Shown here piece by piece: positions 25,980-41,800 of a stretch of DNA of 64,000 nucleotides. Below the pieces are notes generated by a model. That model did not search any database, was not told where the DNA came from, and worked only from the letters and a program-made list of their open reading frames with translations. The translations under genes were made by a program, and so were the position numbers. This DNA is from the human T2T-CHM13v2.0 reference genome, Homo sapiens: assembly GCF_009914755.1 (NCBI RefSeq), contig NC_060930.1. One strand, 5' to 3'. Each line of letters opens with the position of its first letter. The first letter of the stretch is position 1.

Positions 25980-27600
25980 AACTTTATTGGCATTATAACT
26001 TATATACAATAAAATGCATATATTTAAGGTATGCAATTTGATAAATTTTGACAAAAGTATACACCTTTGAAACTGTCACCACACATTAAGACAATCCATC
26101 ACTCCCTAGAGTTTCTTCTTGTCTTTTTATAACTCCTCCCTGCCACACCTCCTCTCCTTACCTCATCTGCTGGCAAGCACTGATTATCTACTTTCTGTAA
26201 TTTTAGATTCACTGGCATTTTCTAGAATTTTATGCAAATAGTTATAGAATATGTACTATGAGGTCCATCCATGTTGTTGCATATATCAATAGTTTATTCC
26301 TTTTTACTGCTGAGCAGTATTCTATTATATGGATATATCACATGTTATATGCACAATTACCTGTTGATGAATATTTGGATTGTTTCTAGTTTTGACTATT
26401 ACAAATAAAGCTGCTATGAATAGTCCTGTATAGTGTTTGAATTGAGATAACATTTTCATGTCTCTTGGATAAATATTGAGAAGTGAAATGGCTGGGTCAT
26501 TATTAATAATTTCATTATTAACTATTTAGGGAACTGTTTCATTTGTATTAGAGTTCTTCAAAGAAAGAGGGAGAAAGAGTGAGAAAGAAAGATTATGGAA
26601 ATTCACTCATATGATTACGGGAGTCAAAAAGTCCCACCATCTGCCTTCTTCAAGCTGGAGAACCAGGAAAGTCAGTGGTGTAATTCAGTCCAAGTCCAAA
26701 GGCCTGAGAACCACGGGAGCCAATGGTATAAGTCCCAGTCTGAAGCCAAAGGCCTGAGAACCACTGGCAGGAGGGCAGAGGAGTCTTGCTGGTATAAGAC
26801 CCATAATCCAAAGGACTGAGAACCAGGAAGCTTTGATGTCCAAGAGAAGGAGAAGATGGATATCCTTGCTCATGCTTCTTCTGCCTTTTATTCCTATTTG
26901 AGCCCACAACAGATTGGATGACGTCTGCCCACTTTAGTGAGGGAAGATTTTTTTTACCCGGTCTACTTATTCAAATGTTAATATCTTCTGGAGAACCTCA
27001 TACAGACACACCCAGAAATAATGTTTTACCAGCAATCTGGGCATCCTCAGCCCAGTCAGGGTGACACATAAAATTAGCCCTTACAACATTACTGCCATTT
27101 TACAATACAGTGGCAATGTATGAAAACGCTAGGTCCCCTACATTCTTGGCAATACTTGGTATGGTCAGTCTTTTTCGTTTTAATCATTCTAATGGGAATG
27201 CTGTAATATCTCATTGTGGTTTAATTTGTATTTTCCTCATGATAATGATAAAGAATATCTTTACATGTGCTCATTTGTCATCAATATATTTTCTTTAGAG
27301 AAGTATCTGTTCAAATTTTTTGTCCAATTTTCAATTGAGTTGTCTTCTTATTAAGTTGTAAGAGTAGTATGCCATTATACAAATATATCACATATGTCAC
27401 ACAAAGGATATACATATATAATATTGTCAAATTTGTGTTTTGTGAATATTTTCTCCAACTCTGTAGTTTGCCCTTTCATTTTTTAACAGTCTTTTAAAAA
27501 GCAAATGTTTTAACTTTGATAAATTCCAATTGATTGATTTTTCTTCTATAGCTTGTGCTTTTTCTGTCAAATTTAAGAAATCTTTGCTAAACCTAAACTC
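25980..27600 (-). mobile_element. L1MC/L1MD 3' region, interrupted by MLT2
   Basis: TACAATAAAATGCATATATTTAAG; CCATGTTGTTGCATATATCAATAGTTTATTCC; CTCATTGTGGTTTAATTTG. Confidence 0.7.
26544..27085 (-). mobile_element. MLT2 (ERVL) solo LTR
   Basis: Ends TGACACATAAAATTAGCCCTTACA; internal CCAAAGGCCTGAGAACCAC repeat. Confidence 0.85.
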
Positions 27601-28723
27601 ACTAATCTTGCCTCCTAAGTATACCTAATATCTTATTTCTAAAATAAACTGAAAGTAAATCATGTACACTAAAAAAAAAGAAGACTGACCATCCAACCCT
27701 ACCATGAATTAGTGCCACAGAATCTCTGTTAGTATCTTTAAGCTCTCTGTCCCTGATGGTCCTGCTGACCCAAAAGGCTATTCTTTGAAGAAGGCTGAAA
27801 ACTCCATACATAGTATAACAAATCGTAAGAATTGGACTAGCATAGATCAGTGGTAACCACTCAATACCCTCTGTAAAGGCACCTATACAGTGATGCCTGA
27901 TCCATCATCCTATCTTTACTAATTCAGTTTTTCCTTTTCAAAGACTGTAATCAGGGAAAAACAGGCAAGAGATGCAGCCAGGAAGTGCTGCCCCCATGGA
28001 GAGACACTGGGATTTAAACCAACATAATTTGAACAGGTCTTTGGAGACAAAATGCTGAATGTGGATGGGGAAAAGATGCAGATGTTGAGGTTGAAGAGGG
28101 AGGAAGCTGGGAACCCTGCATAGGGTGCTGAATGATAAAGCTGGTTCCCAGCCCCAAACTTCTGGGGAAGAGAGCACAGCTGCAAATGCCAGGATACACA
28201 TAGAAGCCATGAAGTTGAGTAAGTGCTTATCTACAGCCCATTGTTCTCAACTGTCTTCTATTGGATCACAGCCAAAGCTACAACATCAAGAAATTCTTGG
28301 CTAATTCTGCTTCCTGCAAAATCAAGGGCAAGAATTCAACAACAAAGATCCAGTACAGAGGCTTAGCCCTCTGAAAACTTCCACAAATGAAGCCAATGGA
28401 CTATACTCAATTTAAAACACAGTTAAAGGACACCAACCCTCCCAGATGAGAAGGAATCAGTGGAAGAACTCTGGCATTTCAAAAAGCCAGAGTGTCCCCT
28501 TACCTCCAAATGAGCCCACTAGGTCCCCACCAATGGTTCTTAACTAGTCTGAAATGTCTGAAACGACAGACATGAAATTCAGAATACGAATGGCAAGGAA
28601 GCTCATCAAGAACTAGGAGAATGTTGAAAGTCATTCCAAGGAAGCCAAGCAATTCAAGAGCCGAAAGATGAAATAGCCATTTTAAGAAAGACCCAAATTA
28701 AACTTTTTAAGCTGAAAAATTCA

Positions 28724-29077
<354 letters not shown>

Positions 29078-29156
29078 AAGTATTAATAGCAGAATAAACC
29101 TATCTGAGGAAAGAATCTCAGAGCTCAAATACCAGTTCTTCAAATCAACTCAGTCA

Positions 29157-30361
<1,205 letters not shown>

Positions 30362-33313
30362 GAAATCAATTGGAAAAAAAAGAATTTTTAAAAATAAAAG
30401 ATCCAACAATATGGGATTATGTAAAGAGGCCAAATCTATATCACACTGGCATTTCTGAGAGAGAAGGAAAGGGAATAAGCAACTTGGAAAATATATTTGA
30501 AGATGTAGTTCATAAAAATTTTCCTAATCTCGCTAGAAAGGCTGGCATGCAAATCTAAGAAATACAGAAACCCCTGGAAAATACAATAAAAGATGACCAT
30601 CCCCAAGGCACATAGTCATCAGATTCACCAAGGTCAATGCAAAAGTCAAAATCTTAATGGCAGCTACAGAGAAGGGGCAAGTTATTTATAGAGGGAACCC
30701 CATCAGGCTAGCAGCAAACTTCTCAGCTGAAACCATATAAGCCAGAAGAGATTGGGGGCCTATTTTCAGCATCCTGAAAGAAAAGAAATTCCAACCAAGA
30801 ATTTGATATCATCCCAAGTGAAGCTTTATAAGTGAAGGAGAAATAAAATCCTTCTCGGACAAACAAATGCTGAGACAATACATTTCAACTAGACCACCCT
30901 TACAAGAGGTCCTTAAAGGAGTGCTAAACAGGCAATTGAAAAAATGACACCTGCTACCACAAAAACACACTTAAGCACATAGTCCACAGGCACTATAAAT
31001 CAACTGCACAATCAAGTCTACATAACAACCAGCTAACAGCACAATTACAGGATCAAAATCATACATATCATTACTAACCTTGAATATAAATGGGCTAAAT
31101 GCCCCACTTAAAAGACAGAGTAGCAAGCTGGATAAAAAGAAAAGAGCCAACCATCTGTTGTCTTTAAGAGACTCATTTCATATAGCAAAACACACATGCT
31201 CAAAGTAAAAGGATAGAAAAAATCTACCATGCAAACAGAAAACAAAAAAGAGTAGGAAGTACTATCCTTATTCAGATAAGACAGAATTTAAACCAATAAA
31301 AATTAAGAAAGACAATGAAGGGCATTACATAATGATAACGGGTACAATCCAACAAGAAGCCTCAACTATTCTAATATATAGGTTCCCAACATTAGAGCAA
31401 CAGGCTCATAAAACAAGTTCTTCTTGATCTACAAAAGGACTTAGACAACCACACCATAATAGTGAGAGATTTGTACACCCCACTGGCAACATTAGATGGA
31501 TCATTGAGGCAGAAAACTAACAAACTCTGGACTTAAACTCGACACTTGTCTAATTGGACCTAATAGACATCTACAGAACATTCCATCAAACAACCACAGA
31601 ATATACATTCTTCTCATCTGCACATGCAACATATTCTAAGATCAACCACATGCTCAGTCATAAAGCACGTCTCAATACATTGAAAAAAATTGAAATCATA
31701 CCAAGCACATTCTCACACCACAGTGCAATACAAATAAAATCAATATTAAGAAGATCTCTCAAGACTACACAAGCACATGTAAAGTAAATAACTTAGTCCT
31801 GAATAACTCCTGGATGAACGTCAAAATTAAGGCAGGAATCAAAAAATTATTTGAAATCTATGAAAATGGGGATACAACTTACAAAATTTCTGGGATACAG
31901 TCAAAGCAGTATTAAGAGGAAAGTTTATAGTGCTAAACGCCTTCATCAAGAAGTTACAAAGATCTCTTATTAACAATCAAACTTTGCACCTAAAAGGACT
32001 AAAAACAGAACAATCCAACCCAAAGCCAGTAGGAGTAAATAAATAACTAAAATTAGAGAAAAACTTAATGAAAACTGAAATGCAAAAATCCTTACGAAAG
32101 ATCAATAAAAGCAAGACTTTGCTCTTCAAGTAAATAAATAAGGTAAACTACTAACTAAATTAACAAAGGAAAAGAAAGAGAAGATCCAAGTAAGCACAAT
32201 CAGAAAGACAAGGGTGATATTACAACTGATCCCACAGAAATTTTTAAAAATAACCCTCAGAGACTACTACAAACAACTCTATGCACAAAAATTAGAAAAT
32301 CTAGAGGAAATAGATAACTTCATGGAAGCACATAATCTCCCAAGATTGAATCATGAATAAATCAAAACCTTGAACAGATCATATCAATTTCTGAAATTAA
32401 ATTAGTAAAAAAGAACCTACTGACCGAAAAAACCCTTGGACCAGATGGACTCACTGCTGGAATCTACCAGACACACAAAGAACTGACACCAATCCTACTG
32501 AAACTATTCCAAACCAATTGAAGAGAAGGGGCTCCTCCCTAACTCATTCTATGAAGCCAGCATCAGCCTGATACCAAAATGTGGCAGAGACACAATAAAA
32601 AAGAAGACCTCAGGCCAATATCCTCAATGAACATAGATGCAATAATCCTTAAGATATTAGCAAACCAAATCCAGCAGCACATCAAAAAGTTAATACATCA
32701 CAATCAAGTAGGCTTCATTCTTGGGATGCAAGCCTGGTTCAACATACAGAAATTAATAAATGTGATTGACCACATAAACAGAATTAAAAGCAAAAGCCAT
32801 AGGATCATCTCAATAGATGTCGAAAAAGCTTTTAATAAAATTCAACATTGCTTTATGTTAAAAACCCTCAAGATGTATGTTCCTAGGCATTGAAGAAACA
32901 TACTTCAAAATAAAAAGAGCTATCTATGACAAACCTTAGCTAATATCCTGCTGAATGCACAAAAGCTCGAACCATTCCCCTTAAGAACTGAAACAAGACA
33001 GATGTCCTCTCTCACCGCTCCTATTCAGTATAGCACTGGAAATCCTAGCCAAAGCAATCGCAAGAGAAAGAAATAAAAGGCATCCAAACAGGAAAAGAAG
33101 TCAAACTATCTCTCTTCACTGACAATATGATTCTATACCTAGTAAAACCCAAAATACTCTGCCAAAAGGCTGCTAGAACTGATAAATGACTTTAGTAAGG
33201 TTTCAGGATACAAAATCAATGTATAAAGATCAGTAGAATTTCCATACATTAAAAATGTCCAGGCCAAGAGTGAACTTAAGAAAACAATCTCACTTTAAGA
33301 AGCCACAAGGAGG

Positions 33314-33622
<309 letters not shown>

Positions 33623-34143
33623 CAAGCCACAAAGAAAATGAAATATCTAGGAATACAACATCTCTGCAATGAGAACTACAAAACACTGCTGAAAGAAATC
33701 AGAGATGAAACAAAGAAATGGAAAAACAATCTATGCTCATGGATGAGAAGAATCAATATTGTACAAATGTCCATACTGCTCAAAGCAATTTACAGATCAG
33801 TGCTATTCCTATCAAACTACCAATATCATTCTTCACAAAATTAGGTAAAATCATTTTAAAATTCATATAGAACCAAAAATGAGCCCAAATAGCCAAAGCA
33901 ATCCTAAGCAAAAAGAACAAAGCCAGAGGCATCACATTACTCAACTTCAAATTATACTATGAAGCTACAGTAGCCAAAACCGCATGGTAATGGTACAATA
34001 TTAGATACATAGATCAATGGAGCAGAATAGAAAACCCAGAAATAAAACAGCATGCCTACAATCATCTGACTTCAACAAGGCCAACAAAAACAAGCAATAG
34101 GGAAAACACTCCCTATTCAATAAATGGTGCCGAGATAATTGGC

Positions 34144-34253
34144 AGGAGGTGGAGGTTGCAGTGATCCAAGATTGTGCCATTACACTCTAGCCTGGTGGAC
34201 AGAGCAAGACTCTGTGTCAAAAGAGAAAAAAAAGAAAAAAAGAAAAAAAGAAA
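34144..34253 (+). mobile_element. Alu 3' fragment fused to the truncated L1
   Basis: GGAGGTGGAGGTTGCAGTGA...GCAAGACTCTGTGTC plus A-rich tail. Confidence 0.85.
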
Positions 34254-34865
34254 GAGTCCTTCAGACAAACAAAAACTGAGGGAATTCATCACCAGCAGAC
34301 TTGCCCTTCAAGAAATGTTAAAAGAAGTTATTCAGATGGAGGAAAATGATATAAGTCAGGGTCAACTTCAAGAAAGAAAATGCTCTGAGGAAGGAATGAA
34401 TGAAAGTAAGATAAAATCTTTTATTTTTCTTATTTTTAGTTGATCTAAAACATCTCTTTCTTTAAAGCAATAATCATAACAGTACATTGGATGGTTATAA
34501 CATATAGATAAGCAAAATGAATCACAGCAATGTCACAAGAGACAGAAGGAATTCAGGATATTCTGTTATAAGGCAACTCTACCCACATATGACAGAGTAT
34601 AGTGAGAGTTATTCAAAGGTCGACTTAGAATAGTTAATAATGTGTATTGTAAACTATACATCAACCACTAAGATGTTTTTAAAAGAAGTCATTGATATGC
34701 TGAGAAAGGAGTAAAATGGAATCATACAAAATGTTCTATTAAAACCAGAAAAAGATGGAGGACAGGGAGAGAAAACAAAGAACAAATGCAACAATCAGAA
34801 AACAAACATAAGTATGATAGGTATTAATCCAATTATATCAATAATCAGTTTAAATATGAATGGTA
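34254..34865 (+). mobile_element. L1M ORF1 end / inter-ORF fragment
   Basis: DKQKLREFITSRLALQEMLKEV, L1 ORF1 C-terminus. Confidence 0.8.
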
Positions 34866-35150
34866 TGATTGGGTAAAGACTGATTCTCTGGCTTATTGAC
34901 TTGACTAGGAATTTTAGATGCAGTTTACATGAGAGGTCTTTACTACCTTTTCCATTTTGCTGTAAATTTAAAAGTAATAAATATTATTTTATTTATTCTA
35001 AAATTAAAAGGTTATTTAAAACCGATATTCGGCTAAAGCCGTAGAGTCCATAACCTTAATTTTAAGTAGTTCTCTCAAAATGCAATGCATTAATTCCAAG
35101 AGGATTGGGTTTTTCTGCAAATGCAAATTTAAAGACATCATTGTCTAGAA

Positions 35151-35345
35151 CAGCACTGTCTGATAAAACTTTCTGTCATGACAGAAATGGTCTTTATGTG
35201 TGCAGTTCAGTATGGTAGCCACAAACCACATGTGGCTACTGAACATTTCAAATGTGGCTAATGTAGCAAAGAAAATAAATTTTTTATTTTATTTTCTATT
35301 AGTTATTTTTTTAAATTTAAATAACCACATTGTACCATATTAATG
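35151..35345. mobile_element. MER3-like hAT-Charlie MITE
   Basis: CAGCACTGTCTGATAAAACTTTCTG...GTAGCCACAAACCACATGTGGCTAC. Confidence 0.75.
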
Positions 35346-36299
35346 CAGGTGTCTTGTGCAAGTTGAATACAAGTCTTAATTTAAGCAAGCAACTCACTCT
35401 CCTACCCAGTTCTAGCATTAACTTATTATATTAGGTGCTAAAATTTTCATAGTTGGAATTTAATGATATTATGAATTTATAAAAATATTTTTTTCAGACT
35501 TTACCAGATTAACTATGAAAATATAGTTCTGAAATATAATATCAGGAGAGAAATAAGATTAATTCCAGTTTTAGAAACCTCTAGTCCAAATTATGGACTT
35601 TTATTTTGTTAGAAACCAACTCCTTTCATCTCGACAAAAATTGTATATGAACTAAACTGTGCAACTGCGTCAAGCTATTATCACACACGTTTAAAGCTTC
35701 TATCACAGTACCACCAGCTTTCAGTTAAAACAGAGCCTAGCTAGAAGTCCCTGAAATGGAGTAATCCCCAAATTCCCACTAAAATATCTTTGAAAGCAAA
35801 AACAAAGACAATACACAATAGCACTGAAAACTAGAATCAACTTTATGGAGGAATTTTCATTAGTTATTAGGCCAATGGATCTGGGTTGAGAAACACAGGT
35901 TTTTTTCTTCTAATTGGTTTAGCCATAAGAAATGGAAAATTTATCTGCCTAAAATGAGGCCAAAAAGCCATTAGTCCTCCAGATATTACTTTCTAGTTCA
36001 TAAAACAAAATATTTATTTACCTGAAAACTGGGTAACTGTTCTTCTGCCTCAAAGCAGCGCTTATTGAGGTAGCCCCAGTGAGTACTTGTCTTTCTTTGC
36101 ATATTGGGGAAACAAAATTTGCAACAAAAAATTGGGCTGCAAATGAAGGCCCCAGAGATGGGTGTTGTACACTTGCTGGCACCATCCCCAGGCAGAAGGA
36201 CTGTCAGTGGAAGTGGAAGCCAAAATATCTCTAGTGACACATGGTGTATGGTCTTGTCAAATTAAGTCTGATATGGAAAGGGAAGAAACTATCTTCATG

Positions 36300-36990
36300 A
36301 GATAGATATACATATTCGGTGTGACTGGGAACTAAACCAGGGCAGGAATATCCATGCTGTTGTTTCAGAAGAGGGTTCACCTGGCATCAAATGGAAAGTG
36401 AACTGGAAATATAGAAAACTGTAGATTCAACCACAAACTTTATTAAAGGAAGATGATCTGAAACTCAACCAAAAATGATAAGTGATTTAAAAAATAATGA
36501 AAATTTGACGGATGTGGAACCCAGAGAATGAAGAAACTATGTTAAGAATTACAATTATTCCCAAAGATGTAACTAGAAACACGTAACAGAGGCCATGGTG
36601 AGTGACAGAATTGAATAAAACTTGTCAAAGCTAGTTAAAGACATTATAACTTAGTTTAAAAGGCCAACTCAACTATTTTCCAAGTAAATATCCATCAACA
36701 GAGCAAAATCTACATATTCTATGAAAGTGCCCCATTAACAGGCTAAAATAAAGTCCATAAGGCTCTAGGCAGAAAAAGCAAAGAAACTGGCCTCTCCATC
36801 AAGGAACAATATTAGGCTGGCCTAAAATTTTTTTCTTTGCAATATGTAGTAAGCACACAATGAATTTTTAGGGAGAAAAGGCAAATAATACAAGGATGTA
36901 GCTCTGCCAAGTTGTCATTCACATGTGAAGATAACAAAAAGACAGTCTCAATGACAGAGGGTTCAGAAAACATACCACTGTTATACCATT
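36300..36990 (+). mobile_element. HAL1 / ancient L1 ORF1-like remnant
   Basis: GCCAAGTTGTCATTCACATGTGAAG..AAAAGACAGTCTCAA..CAGAAAACATACCAC. Confidence 0.45.
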
Positions 36991-37539
36991 TTTACTTAAA
37001 AGGTCAAGTGCAGTTATGTAGTGGAACTCTTATCCTTTGCTTTTCACATCCCCATTTCAAACTATAAAAACCATATTCCTGCTTCAGCCCAAAGTCTGCC
37101 TTCCTAGGGAGGCTGGGGAGAGGGTTTTCCAACTTTCTTTCCTCTCTAAGAAGGGAAGAATGGTGGAAAGAACCTACCCTTCATTGGTTCTCACTACTGG
37201 GGAATAGTCGTTGTGCCTCGAAGGAAGAAATGGACTCCACCGATTCTCTCTGCTGCTCCTTCTCTGCCTCTGCTGTAATTACCTGCTCAGGCAGAGCATG
37301 CTCTCCTCTTTTCCCTGTTCCCAAGTGGTAGACCGTCAGCTCAGAGCCTCCAGGCTTGGAGAAAAAAGGCCTGCAATACATTCTTTCTGCTTATGACTGA
37401 GTGGAGAAATTAATTTCTGGGTACATCCTTGGCTTTCTCAGCTTTACTACTGTGTAGATAGGAGATTTGACTCTGGACATCTATTCCATCCTCTTTCTAT
37501 AGAATATTCCTGTAAAGCAGAGAATGGAAGACCCAACAA

Positions 37540-38081
37540 TTCAATTCATAGGCTACTTTGCACTAAAGTTCCAGGTGTGATTCAGGTTAGACCAATCAAA
37601 TACATTTGCAGGAGATTTGGAAAAAGCTGCAGTATTGCACAAGGCACTTTCTCCGGCTGCTGCTCCTATTTCTGCTGGCAGCACAGTCATGAAGGACCTT
37701 AGTTTTTCTGAGGCAGCATTAATAGTCCAGTCCCTAGCTTCATAGCTGTCAAAAGGCAGACCGTGGGTCATCCATTTTGCCAGCACACTTTCTAACAAGT
37801 GGGACATGGTTGTGCAGCCAGGTGCAGAAGCAGCTTCCTAATCATGGCTGTGACAGAATGACCCTGGAGCTGGACATTTCCTGATTATAGCAGTGGGGGA
37901 AGCCCCATAGGTGACCTGGTCCTGGGCTGTAGCTTGGGAGTCACTCTTGTATATTCCATTTTATAAACTATTTAATGTCATGTACACACAGACACGCACA
38001 CACACACACACACAATTATTTTTCCTGCTTTAACTAGCAGAAATGGATTCATTTCTCTGCTACTGAACTCTGACCAATACA
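37540..38081 (+). mobile_element. ERVL-type LTR (LTR16/LTR33-like) containing a (CA)n tract at ~37984-38013
   Basis: Ends CCTGCTTTAACTAGCAGAAATGGATTC..ACTCTGACCAATACA. Confidence 0.55.
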
Positions 38082-39264
38082 ACCAGAGAGCCATATACTT
38101 GTTCAGGTGTTATTGATCCTACTTGACCCCTATGTCTGTTATCAATTCTTTAGAACTTGGCGGGGGAAAGGGATGAAGATTGGGCTCTCCTAAACCTCCA
38201 AAATCAGTCATCTAAGAAGAGGATTAAAATTAAAAACTCAATATTTTATACAAGGTTGTTATGTAAAAGGATTGGTGGTGAGCATTAAAATCAAATAATG
38301 TTTGACTATATAACATTACTGTAAACATAAAATAAAAATTTCACAAATAATACATAAAATATATATAGCCTAGAAAGTACTTATTTAACTACTCATATAG
38401 CCTAAAATTCAAGATAAAACTAATGAAGTTTAGGAATTTAGAGCTATTATGAGTCAAAAATAAAAGTGGCATAAAGAATACTAAAAATATTTAGCTCTTA
38501 CTAAAATAAAGATTTTAAATGTTGCTGGAAAGTTATTTTTTCAAAAAATGTGAACCTCTAGTATGCCTTAAATATTGGCAAACAAAGCAAAATTGGGACA
38601 GTTGTAGAAAAATTCAGAAATAAGGAAACAGTAATTATGGCAAGGAAAAGTAAATTATAAAATAACATATCAAATCCTTCAGATCATGAATGTGAATAAT
38701 ATAGATTTCTCAATTAAATTATAAGGTTATGATACACTGCTTACAAAAGAAACAATAACAGAATGATTACAATGGGTTAAAAATAAAAGCCTTGTAGAAA
38801 AGATATCAAACTCAAGCCGAAATAAAAACAGTAAACACCAGGGGTAACAATATTAATTTTAGACCAAGCCACATTTAAGATACCAATTATTAAGTGGGCA
38901 AAAATTATCGCTTAAAAATTGAATCCATAAAACAGAGATATACACTTTCATTTGACAAAATGTGAAATAAAAACTAAGAAGTACAAGGAGGAATATGTAG
39001 GCACACAACTGTTTGGGAAGCTCATAAATTCAAGCTCTGGCAGACCATATTAGTGTTAATACAGAAGAACATAGATATTTTAAATCATATGTGGAGGGAG
39101 AAAAAACATTTGTTCTTTATAAAAAAGAAATAAACTCTCTAGGAATATTCATCTGCTCCTGGTAAAAAGAAAAACAAACACCTTTCTTTGAAAGAAAGTT
39201 AAATTTAAATCTGTTAAAATGTTTTTAATTCCAGGTACAAAGATTCGTGTATATAGATATTAAT

Positions 39265-39420
39265 AATAGTTACCATTTTAGTGCTTACTATGTCCCAGAC
39301 ATTCTGATAAGAGGTTTACATGTATTTATATGCAACAATGACATAATAAGTTAAAAATAAGGAATGAAGAATGTTTGCTAACTTGGAACAGTCACATGCT
39401 ATAATATGAAGTGGATGTCA
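39265..39420 (-). mobile_element. MIR fragment
   Basis: AGTGCTTACTATGTCCCAGACATTCTG..TTTACATGTATT. Confidence 0.55.
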
Positions 39421-40439
39421 AACTAAGAGTACATGTATTTGTGTGCCTGTGTGTATACATACAAATAGTAGGATCAACCTTTGTAAAATGTAGACAAAGT
39501 CTGAAATGAAACAAAAGCATCCATATAGTAATGGCAGTTTCCTCTGAGTAGTGAGATTACAGGTGATTTTTTTGTTGTTGTTCTTTATATTTTTCTGTAG
39601 TTTCCAAACTTTCTTTCTATACTTCACTATTTAATTATCAAAAAAATGAGTTTTAAAATAAAATACATAGGGAAAGTTTCTGATAAATAAAATGTCAACT
39701 CATTACAATATGAAACAAGGCCCCTTATTTTAAATTTCGCTTGAATAATTTGAAATATCAACCAACTGAACTAAATAGATGTTCCCTTCACTGTAGCAAT
39801 GTTGAAGGCATAGTTTAGTATATCTAACTAGGAGCTGACTTGAACAAACATTTTAGCTAGTTATAGTAAGGAAAAATTTAAAAATAGCAGCTTAGCAGAG
39901 AATCTGATAAAACCAAAATACCACCTTGGTATGTGGCAGACATGTTCTTGTATAAAAACACTTTATTGATTGTGACCAAGGCAATTGTACTTTATAAAAT
40001 AGGGAAATAAAAAAACATTGTAGAGATGAAAGTCTACAAGATGCATGTATATATGTAGGGGGAAAAAGTCACTAAAAGCAGTTGATACTGGTTAAAAAAT
40101 GAAGCTACCATACTTTGAAGAAAAATTAATTAGTAGTTCACAAGACAAAAACGAATAAAGGCTTACTTGGAACACATGAAACCCATGAAGTTTATGGTGA
40201 GATGGAACACATATACTATGTTTTTATGAAATCCAAAATCAACAGGAATAATCACTAGAAAATTAGGGGTGTAGGAAAGTGGGATTATGCTTAAGAATCC
40301 ACTTACAAACTGACTATCATCTAAATCTCTCTCCTTCTTCATCTCCTCAATAAGATTTGACAATTATTTATGTAGGTAATAAAAGGTACATGAATGAATG
40401 TACAACAATAAGTCATGCATGATTATAATTTGCCACTCA

Positions 40440-40635
40440 TTATGTTAAGTCCAACACATTTGCTTAATTCTTTCATCAACTCCATGTAGTAGACATTATT
40501 AACATCTCCCTTTCACAGATGAGGTAACTAAGGCTTAAAAGAAAAATAATGTTTTAATTGTCCAACTAGAAAATGGTAAAACCAGGACTTAGATACAATT
40601 TCATCTGACCCCAAACCTCTGCTCTTAACCATTGT
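40440..40635 (-). mobile_element. MIR
   Basis: TTTCACAGATGAGGTAACTAAGGC...CTCTGCTCTTAACCATTG. Confidence 0.75.
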
Positions 40636-40789
40636 GATGTGCTATATAATTAATGCCAGTAGATATTTATATTGGAATGTCAAATTAATTATTTGTATCA
40701 ACTTTTCCTCATTGTGACTGCCTTTTGCACAATACTTCAATTACCTTACATCTAAATTAATAATAAATTAAATGATTAAGAGCAAATAT

Positions 40790-41304
40790 AGTGACTAAGT
40801 TAGAACTACACTCCCAAAATGTTTCCAGTTTGGAATTGGTAAGTTAGAATTTTCACGAGAATTAGAAAGTGGAAATGAATGTCAATCATGACTCTCAGAA
40901 GGTCAATGTGAGTTAGATGCAAAGATAGACTGGCATGGAGTTGGCAGCAGGTTTCAGTTGGTCCTGGTTCTCTACTCCGCATCCACCTCTTAACAACAGC
41001 AGTCCCAGGTCCACCCCCAGACTCTTGGTAGTGAATGCACAGAGGCCTTAGTTACCCAGAGTCACAGCTCCCCATGGACTTTTCCATGAACTTTCCCTTC
41101 AGCCTCATTTTGGAAGTTGGAAATACTTCGCAAACTTTTCATATTAACTGGTTGCTGATCTTGCCTCTCACCCTTCAATGCCTTATTGGACCTTCTCTTT
41201 TCCAGCTCCTACCACAACTGTAGAAATTCTAATTCCTATAATAAATCTCTTATCTCATAACTCATTAGTGGTTCTGTTTCTGTGATTGAACCTTGACTAA
41301 TGCA
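40790..41304 (+). mobile_element. Old ERVL LTR
   Basis: AATAAATCTC...GTGGTTCTGTTTCTGTGATTGAACCTTGACTAATGCA terminus. Confidence 0.55.
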
Positions 41305-41364
41305 ACAAGTATAACCTTTTAAATAAAACATAAACTTATGAAAATAATGTCAATGAAATATATT

Positions 41365-41800
41365 TTTTTTGGTTACAAGGAAAAGAATATCCAAACCAAA
41401 CTGATTTTTTTTAAGTGAAGTAGGGGCATTTATTGGCTCATGGAACTTAGTAAAAGGACAACAATAATTCTGAGCACAGCTTGATCTAAGAGCTCAAACC
41501 GTGTCAGCAGGACCATGTCTCCTCATCCAGATTCTGCTTCCTTCTGTGTTGGTTCCAATCCCAGGAAGCCACTCCTATCATGCGGACAGAAGAGAGAATA
41601 AAATGGCCACCAGCAGCCTCAGACTTACATTCTTTACTTCTCAACGAAAGCAGAAATGAAGAGCTTCTCGCCTATAACAGGTTGAACAAAAGTCCTGGAC
41701 CTTGATTCCATTGGTCCAAATTAGGTCAAATGCCTATCTGTAAATCAATGCCTATGCCCAGGAAGAGGTAAGCTTTATAGATGGGCTCAGGCTGCAAGCC
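41365..41800 (-). mobile_element. MLT1K/J-like MaLR LTR
   Basis: ATTTATTGGCTCATG; AAATGGCCACCAGCAGCCTCAGACTTACA. Confidence 0.65.
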
